This document shows positions 15,976 through 25,700 of a stretch of 25,939 nt of DNA, in pieces; position 1 is the stretch's first letter; each line of letters starts with the position of its first letter. The stretch lies in the NCBI GenBank assembly GCA_964365355.1, contig CAYIPP010000001.1:1-25939 (forward strand). Reading direction: 5' to 3'. The notes below the pieces were generated by a model, which worked only from the letters and a program-made list of their open reading frames with translations, was not told the origin of the DNA and searched no databases. The stretch is from an uncultured Gammaproteobacteria bacterium. Lineage in GTDB: Bacteria > Patescibacteriota > Patescibacteriia > UBA9934 > GWF2-40-263. The translations under genes and the position numbers were made by a program.

Positions 15976-16770
15976 TTATTCTGCCAACATTCCCGGTCCT
16001 GTTGGATTATAACCGGCTTGAACTTCTGCTCCATCAAGATATCCATCCCCATCGGTATCGGCGTTATCCGAATCGGTGTGATAGATGAATTCTTCCTCAT
16101 AGGTAAATAATTCATCAAAATCCGGATCATCAATAGACACAAAGTCTCGACACTGATCATACTGATCTTCCGAAAATTGATTGCACACTCGTGCGTCCTG
16201 TTGTTGCTGTGCAAGCTCTACTTGAAAAAGAAAGGCGCAGTAAGCAGGATCTTGATTCAACGATGCACAGTTCTCAGACGTGATTGGACGAAGACCGTTC
16301 CAACATCCGGAACGTTTTGATTCATCTTGAATGTTATCACACATGGTTGGATCCCCGGAAGCAACGGCAAGTGTATAGGCAATACCATCCGCACATAGAC
16401 GTTGATGGATCTCATCGACCAACGATGCACACAATGACGCATTGTCTGTTGAAGAAGCCACCTCCCAAACACACCCATCTTTATCTTCACCCTCCAGTTG
16501 AGCACACAGCTCAACATCTTCTTGAAGAACCGCCTGTTGTTCTACTTGTATTTTTTTACACAACTGAGGATTGGTTGCCTGTTGACAAAGCGCCTCAACA
16601 GTTGCCACACGCCGAGCAACGATCGTAGACAAATCAAGAGTCGTCTGTTTGCTCATCAGCTTGAACACGACAAAAAAAATCACACCAGCAACGACAAGAC
16701 CACCGCCAATAATCGCAAGCGGTTTCCATGAAATCTGTTTTGCCTCTATTGGATAGTCGTTATAATTCAT
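15976..16770 (-). CDS. Single-pass membrane protein with helical Cys-pair repeats and C-terminal TSP3-like repeats
   Basis: TM LAIIGGGLVVAGVIFFVVF, six Cys pairs of the type A....D...C-x9-11-C, then DPDFDELFTYEE, DTDGDGYLDGAEV and GYNPTGPGML. Confidence 0.8.
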   Translation of the reverse strand: MNYNDYPIEAKQISWKPLAIIGGGLVVAGVIFFVVFKLMSKQTTLDLSTIVARRVATVEALCQQATNPQLCKKIQVEQQAVLQEDVELCAQLEGEDKDGCVWEVASSTDNASLCASLVDEIHQRLCADGIAYTLAVASGDPTMCDNIQDESKRSGCWNGLRPITSENCASLNQDPAYCAFLFQVELAQQQQDARVCNQFSEDQYDQCRDFVSIDDPDFDELFTYEEEFIYHTDSDNADTDGDGYLDGAEVQAGYNPTGPGMLAE

Positions 16771-16782
16771 AGAACACCTTGT

Positions 16783-19700
16783 TTAGGGCATCGGACAGTA
16801 GGTAAATCGGAAATTATCAAACTTGAGTGCCCCACTTCCATAGAACGATGTCTGAAGAGGCAGGGAAAATGGCTTAGATTGACACGCAAAAGTTGAGGGA
16901 AGTGTGAGCTCCACACTATTTCCCACAGGTGTCACCGTTTTTACTGATTTGGTTGTGGTATCTTTTGTAGCACTGACGGTTGTTGTTGAACTTAAAATTG
17001 ATTTGACAATCTCCTCGTACATCACTTCGATTCCTGCTTTTGTACTTGCGTTGTACGCATACACTCCGGTCTGTGCCGGATCTGTTTCATCGCAATCATT
17101 TAGCTTACTCATAATTTGACCTTTACATTTCATACTCGATAGATGTTCACCATACGCTTTGTAGATATTGTCTGTCGTAATCATTGCTGAATAAAATAAT
17201 ATTTCGGATGACTTCTGAATCACAGAATAACGTGCTTGTGCCACACACCAAGAAGGTCCCCAAGATTGGGTCTGACCTGCTTCTGTTACAAATAGACCAG
17301 ACTTCTGGGTACATTTGACTCCATCCAAAGCAGTATAGGCTTGACCATCGGTGAGAAGCACGACAATTTTAATATGATCTGCAGGAACATCTTTAAACAA
17401 ATTTATCGCGTTTTCCAGAGCGGTGCCCGTTTGTGTTCCATTCTCATAATCATTAGTCGCAAACGCAGCCACCTGAGCTTTCAACTCTTGTTTATTCATT
17501 GCGCCCAAATTGCCATAATTGTAGGCATTCTTTGCAAAGCTGACTAAACCGATGCGCAATTCTCCACCGCCTGTTGGATAAGATGTGAGCAATGTTTCAA
17601 TCGCATCTGACAATGATGCAGTGGCAATATCTATTTTTCTGTTTGGCGCAGATTTACCCCACTCCCCGGCTGGCGTCTGCCACATGGTTGTAGAAATGTC
17701 TGTGATAAACACAATATCAACAGCAGGGGTGTTCACATTCTCATTATTGACAGTGGTGGTAATTTTTGTGCCAACCAAGCAGGCGGGAAGTTGAATGAGT
17801 GCATTGTCCGGTGTTTCTTTTTCCTTATTGTTATAGCTAAACAATGAGATGCTTGGTTGTGGTTGAGCTCCTTCAAGTTCGCTTTGAACAAGCAAATCCG
17901 TTTGTTGAAACGTAAATGGACAGGCTCCACTACAGTCACTAGCGCAAATAGGAAGTGCACAAGACCATCCAACGGTACACTGAGAAGAAGAATCCTTTGT
18001 GCATGGATCCCCATTTTTATTTCCTCCATTGCAGACTCCGACTGTTTTACAAGAACTATCGGACGCACAGTCTGTATCGTTTATACAAAATTTACCTGCT
18101 TTTGAACCTGCCTTAAAACATTGTTTTCGAATATTGGTTCCATCACAAATCTCATCACCATTAATCTCCCCATCACCGCAATAGTCACCTGAGGTGGTGT
18201 GATATTGACACAACGAATCGCAGTAATTACAGGTTCCTCCATAAGGCACTGTACAAGGATTCGGAGTACCTGGGACTTTGTTATTCTCCCCATTATCACA
18301 GGCCTCTACATCGCTTTGCACATACCCATCTCCACACATATTTGCGATACACGTGTTTGTACACGCATCATTGTTTGATTGATTGCCATCATCACATACT
18401 TCCGTTCCTTCAACTTTTCCGTTTCCACAATATTGATCTCCTCCAACACAAGCAGTCCACGCTTGCCAATTACATGCGGTGTCGTTACACAACCGCGTGC
18501 GAGAAAGTGGGTACTGAAATGCAGAACATAAAACATATGGCCCACACCCAACCAAACAAGATTGTCCTGCATTGGCACCAGTAAGACAGATCATAGAACT
18601 CCCACATGCTTGATTTCCTGATCCGCTTCCACAGGTGCCACTTGAACAATCCGAATTGGTTGTACATTTCGTTACCCCATCCATACAGAGTTTTCCTGCC
18701 CATGTTTCTGTTTCTCCATCACATTGTTCTGCTCCATTGATTTGCCCATCCCCACAGCTTGGTCCATAAAATTTACAATCATAGGAACAAGAACCAAAAT
18801 TTTGATATTGACCATTAGGAACAAGACAAAAAGTTTGGGGTGATATAGAAAGAGGAGGATTGGTTGATGACAATACAGACACAGTTGAATGAGGCCAACT
18901 GTTCTGATCAGCTTGCACCTGCGTGTATTGTTCCACACTTCCACAATCACATTGTTCATTTCCAGACAAGTAGCCATCGCCACAGACAAGTGCATCATCG
19001 AGCTTGCAGATAGCACTACAATGACCGTAGGTTCCATTGAGTGACCCGTCATCACAATCTTCAGTTGTTTCAAGCACACTATTTCCACAGGCTTGCGGAA
19101 TACATTCTGCTCCAGCCAACATAGCCTCAGCGATCGTCTGCCACACACAATCGGATTTGCAAGAAACAGGCAAGGAACCTGAATCAGTTTTCGAAGGTCC
19201 ACATAAATTTTGTACAGATTCAAAATCTACTTGTCCTGGTTCACATTCCTCACCTGTTCCCTTAATTCCATCACCGCAAACTTGTGACACACCCCAGAAT
19301 GTACTCGGACCGCAAAATCCGGCATCAGTTGTAAATCCTTCTGCTAAACCCAACCAAGGATACTGTGCTGGTACATATTCCGCCACAATCGTCGCATTAT
19401 CATTTATACTTTTGTCTATTTTGGTATTCCATTTTGCCAATTTGTATTCAAGTTGAGTGTATAGTGTATAAGCCTCACCACCCACACTTTGATACCCGTA
19501 CACATGGGACTTATCCGGACACATAAATTTTCCTTCTGTTCCGTTAAAACATGTAACCGGATCATATCCGGCTCCCAAATTGCACGAATTCCAATACACA
19601 TTCAATGGATCAATTGGCATGGCTAAACCTAGTTCATTTGAAAGCTGAGCATTCCAAGATTCCCACGTACTCACACTCATGGATGGCACGTACGTTCCTT

Positions 19701-22700
19701 GCTGAAGGGTTGGAAATCCAGCAAGACATGTTTCTGTTCCGGGACATTGTGGATCCGCAACACACGAAAGATTTTTTGTGACGGAACAATGTTTATTTTT
19801 TGCACCAAATTCATTTAATTTTGTTACTTGTGTGGTGATATCTGTCAATCGATGCAAATCTCGTTGAATCTTGCCTTTATCATTATCACAATACGGATTT
19901 TCACTTTCAGCAAGCGGACATCCACCTCCTCCTGCAATCAATTCCACATTTGTCACAGAACACACATGGTTTGTGTCAGGCGTTTCAATACAATCCCCAT
20001 CCCAAGAACATCCAATAAATGCATTTTCTGTATTCTGAACATAATCACTAGTGCCTATTTTGCACAATCCGATATGACTCACAACATACGTATTTGCATT
20101 AAATCTCCAATTCTCCAGTACCTGCTGAAAAATTTCCTTTGCATCTAAACCAGCGGTTGGATTATACGAAATCACATACATGTTTGAATACAAATCTGTG
20201 TTTGTTTGGTTCGCGGCTGCGGCATAAATGGTATTTCCCGAAATCACGGCCTCGTATCCATCCAAACTCACATGCTCATATCCTCCAGAAAAACCTTGAG
20301 CCTCAAACCAGGCTTCCGGTGAAAGATAGAGACTATTTTGATATACACGCACACCAATTGCATCGGAAGTACCTTCAACTTTGAATAACAATTCTTGCAA
20401 CAATCCGGTTGTTACAACGGAGGTCACATAAACCGGATCAGAAAGTGGTGGAAGATCATCATCGGTTCCATCAATTCCGCGATCCTTACAATAAAAGAAT
20501 CCAAAGTTTGATGGTGTTGTGTTTTCAATATAGGGAAATCCGAGTGCTGAACCAAGTACCGGCCATGGTTGTTCACACACAAACGCTGTGACCTCGGTCG
20601 AACCTGATACCACATCTCCATCTGTATTGTCCGCATGTACCTCATCTAAAGTGATAGTTGCTTTTGCCACAACATATTCTGAACCATTGGTTCCAAAAGA
20701 ATCAAATTCAGCAATAGGTTGTGTAGGTGGTGGAACAATCTTGTAACTCACTACGTTTGACGTCTCTGAATCCTCAATAGAGGAATTCCATGTCCACTCC
20801 CAAGCATAGGCGTTCGTAGCGACAATAGACTCATACGTGCCTGTTCCCTCTCTGTACGTCAATGGGGTTGATTGAAAGCTATGTGTCTCACCCTTTTTTG
20901 AAAAGAAATTTGGACTGGAAGATTCATAGGGTTCTTTGGTTACTTTTCCGTTATCGACAACTTTAACTGCTTCAAGCTCACAGACCTCATCTCCAACAGT
21001 AAATGTTTGTGTAAATAACGGTGCGCAGTTTGTTCCGGATGGATTCAAACACAACCCAACCTTATGTTCACTCAATACTCCTTGATCAATTTCATCATCC
21101 CCATTGGAATCTCCGACAATTTCAATTTGATACGTAGCATTTGCTTCCAATAAATCCGGATAGTTCAGGAAAATTTCTTGACCGTTTCCGTGATTGACTG
21201 CCGAATAACTCACTTGTGCAAAACAATCGTTTGTCGCAGCAACAGCATCTTTGTTGAACAAAGACCGTAGCCAATTCCACACACGCACAAACACATTCAC
21301 CGAAGACGTATCTGTTTGTGCAAGTTGTTGGTAATGTTCCGGACACAAACTTGGATCATTCTGAACGAATTTGCCATCTTTTCCAACAAGATGCAGACGA
21401 AGATTTGCCACTGGAGCACCCTGCGGGATGGCAAATGTTCCTTCGTCCATGAGTTGCGAAAATGTCACACTCACCGCTGTGTTTCGACAGTATCCTAGCC
21501 CACCAGGACCATTACCTTGGGCAGGCAACACTGTTTCCAGTTGCGGTCGGGCAAAACAACAACTTCCGGTTCCACATCCGGTTGTGCTGGTTGATCCACA
21601 GGCCTGATCGGATTGACACGAACATTCAATGCCAAGAGAAGCCATACCTGTCACATCTGGAGTTCCCACTGCTGTTGCTGTCACAATGGAATAAGCGGTT
21701 CCTCCATCATCTCCAATTTCTTTTGCAGCATTTGTACTAATTTCCGCAGCTGCGTATCCACCAATCTGTTGCGGATTGGATGACGAAATTGTTGCTTCAC
21801 ATTCTTCACCAATACTCGGCGTCCCAGCATCACCACAAAAAGAAGGCGTTGGATAATTCAATGAAGACCCTTCTTTAAGACAAAGAGAACTACACCCATC
21901 ACCACTGGTGGTATTTCCATCATCACAATCTTCACCGGTTTGAAGCGTTGTATTTCCACACACAGAACCATAACTCAACGAAGAACCTTCATGTAAACAG
22001 ATAGACGAACACCCATCACCATTTGTCGCATTTCCATCATCACAATCTTCTCCAAGATCAGGAGGTCCACCGTTTCCGCATTTGCCGAAAAAAGAACCTT
22101 GTGCGACTGAACCTTCAAACAAACAATTTGATGAACAGCCATCTCCATTCTTTTTGTTTCCATCATCACAATCTTCCCCACCAGTTTGGAGATAAAAATC
22201 CACTTTTCCATCTCCACAGACAGATCCGACCGATGAGGCGCCTTCATTCAAACATTGAACACTACACCCATCTCCACTTACGAAATTTTCATCATCACAT
22301 TGTTCGTTTGATTCGACGAGGTTATTTCCACAACAATTTGTTGTCACGGTTGCCGAACACAAAGCCGTTCCTTCTTTCAAACACGACGTAGAGCATCCAT
22401 CACCACCCGTCGTGTTTGCATCATCACATTCCTCTGCGAGAGTTTTTCCGGTTCCATTCACAACACTGTCGCCACAAACTGCATCAGTCGATAACACGAA
22501 TGAACCTGTATTCAAACAGACAGATGAACAATAGGTTGGCAATGTTTGAGCAAGAGTAATGGCACCACTTTGAACCATGAATGCAACATCTGTAGTTGTT
22601 CCTCCATTTTTTATATTTGTCGGATCATCTTGTGCGGTCCATGCTTCCCAGTTATATCCCGTATCTTGCAAGGCTTGACCGGAGACATCACATTCATCAG

Positions 22701-25700
22701 GATCACCGTAGCCAGTTGCAATATAGTCTTGTCGAGCGCCAATCGATTGTAAAATTTGTGATTTCGGCGCCACGGAAATATGATCAATCTGACAACTGAT
22801 CTCTGAAGATTTTGTTTGAAATTTCCAGGAAAAATCATCTACATAATACAAATTCTGCTCAGAACCAAAATTACTTCCTGCGTCTTTCAATAGAACATTG
22901 GAAGGTGATTTCACTTGAAGGCCATTGAGAATCATACGGTAAGACGTACTTGCCTTCAAAGATGACGATGTTGTGACATACACTGGTTGACTGGGTAAAC
23001 ACACATTTGGTTTTTGAGAATCAACTGTGCAGTCCACTTGTGAAACAAGATTTGGTCCAACCAACTCTGTGTCAGCACACAATGAATTTTGACATTCATA
23101 CAACTGCACTGTCTGATGGTTTAGTGTGTTTGCCATGATTTCCGACTTAAACCGAAACCAAGGTTTGACATTGACGCACGCTGTGGAACAAGTGGGGAAG
23201 TAGGCTTCAAGCGCAGGATCGCTAAAATCAATAATCAAATTTCCTGTTCCGGATTTTTTCGGCGTCACACTTGTCACTTCGGCACTAATATGTGCCGGGC
23301 TTCCAGGAGGCGTTTCCGCTTTTGCTTTCACACCAGCTTTAGCAAAATCAGATCCGGATCCGGCAATTGGGTCTTGAACTTCTGCCAGCTGTGGAACAGA
23401 TGAAGACCATGCATAACTAAACGCATTGGTATTGAGTTCAATACATTGTTTTCCTTTTGCAGACAAACCAAGATTGTAGGAAATAAGAGCATCTTGAACG
23501 GTTGCCGTGTATTCCGGAGGTTTGATGAGCACACCATCAATCTCACACAAATCACCAACACCTCCTGTTGTAAACTGCCAAACAAAATCATTAAGCATTG
23601 GTGCCCCGCCAGCGCCAGCACTTGCCTTGACTCCATTTTTTCCACCAATAATCGTCGCCCGATACAAACTATTTGGAACAAAATCAACATCAGAATTCCA
23701 ATTGAAAGAATTGACAGCGATTGTCATGGTTCCGGCAACATTACTCCACTGCTGACAATTCTCTGTTTGTTGTGCTGTGCATCGTTGGACTCTCACATGA
23801 TTCGCAACGGTTGACTGATCCATATCTTTTGTGAAGGTCGCAGATACACCAGCATTAAGACAGACGGTTTTCGAATCCAACCACTGACTGGATGGAGTTG
23901 GTGATTTAATGGTTGGCGTACAAGCGATAAGGACAGTTGGATTTTCCGGAATCACCCCAGTTGAAACTCGAAAGGCAAAATGGGATACGTTTGGTGTCAA
24001 ATCAGGACACACTAATTGACAACTTCCATTGCTGCAACAAGTATAATTCGCTTGACACACCACATCTTCCAAACAACTTCCAACAATAAAATTTTGAGAA
24101 TTGGAACTTATTCCATTGGAATCTTTTAAAAAGACAGGGCCGGTTTTTGCTAAATTCGGAACAATCGCGTTGGTGATCTGTGTATCAGACCAGTCCATAT
24201 AATCGGCATCTTGCTGATCGTAAAATGTCACTTGACCCTTCGATGAGCTAAAACGCTCACCATAAACGTCTACTGTTGACCCAATCGGTCCTGACACAGG
24301 ATCGAGCATACACACAGATGGTCCTGGAACCCCGGTCACAACTTCAAAGGCAACGGCATTAGAAGTTGCTGTACCTTGTGCCACCGTCACTAGGTACGAA
24401 CCTGGATCAAGAGGTAACACCATACTATCGCTGGTTGGAAACGTAGACGGAACTTTTACCGTAATCCATGTGTCATGCCAAAAATTCTCGCCACATTGTG
24501 TCGGAAAATTCGTATCTCCGATAGCGTCATACTCTTCTACAATTTTTTTAAAATGAACTAATCCGTCAGAAGAACCGAAATTGGTTCCATAAATCGTCAC
24601 ATATTGACCAATAGGACCACTTGTCGGTGACACAACACATTGCGAACCTGGACAATCTGTATCCTTTCCGCAAGCCTTTCCTGATTTTGTACCACTGTCA
24701 CACATCTTCCAACCGGATTCGATATACGAAATAGTCGGCAATGCTTCAGGACCGGCAAGATCTTGTACATCAAAGGAGAGTTTATTGGAACCCACACGAA
24801 GCGAAACACATTGACCACCAACAGCACCACAATTTGCATCGGTTACACAATAGGCCAATGATTCACTACACCAAGATTTTGCACAGGTATTTCCAGCTCC
24901 ACAATCACTATCTTTCATACAAAACGTTCCGATTGTTTCTCCTGATGCATTCACGCATTGATAATCTCCGGAAAAAAGTTGTGTCATCACACCACCCGCA
25001 CTCATATTTGGAACCAAAGCGCTCAAGGAGGTTTCAGGTGTGATGAGAGTCAAGACAGGTGATAAAAAATTTTTAAAATATAATCCGGCAGACCCAAGGG
25101 CCGTTCCAAATCCCAACCCGGTAAATTTCACCAATGATCCCTGCACTCCTACTTGCGGATCTACGGAACACAAACCTGGACGCAAGATGGCATTCACGTC
25201 AAAATCTGGCGACAAAGGACCGAACGTATCGTCTGTACGATCCGACAAATCTTCAGAGGAAGTAACAACAAGCGGCCCATCTTTTGCATCTTGTGGAACT
25301 TGAACCACAATTTCCGTATTGGACCATTTTGTTTCTCCCACACATTGGTACGCACCCACGACCTTGCTTTCTGTTGCATCTGCACCTTCAAAGACCACCT
25401 CTCCGGGAGTATCACCAAATCCAATCCCGTGAATGGTTACCAAATTCCCTACTGCTCCATCGCCAGGTGAAACAGAATCAATCCGCACCGTACTGACACA
25501 GATGCCCTGGTCACACAACAAACCCGGAGCACAATCACTCGTTGCCGTACATGGATTAGCAACACATGCACCGCAATAATCCGCACTCGTTGGATCTCCT
25601 CCACAATTCAAACCGGTCTCACCAAACGTAGCATCCTGTGTGGCATTAAAACAATGAGCAGGGCGAATAACAACATAGATTTTGCTGGCAGTAGCGCTAT

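Noticed and set aside
18672-19223. 183-aa alternative-frame ORF and the many other short ORFs overlapping the giant gene
   Set aside because: They overlap a continuous, motif-rich 9-kb frame and show no independent protein signal.
21914-22176. Three exact 20-nt direct repeats spaced 117 and 126 nt, superficially CRISPR-like
   Set aside because: They are in frame within the giant CDS and encode EDCDDGN of DUF4215-like repeats. The spacing is too long, the spacers are homologous, and there are no cas genes.
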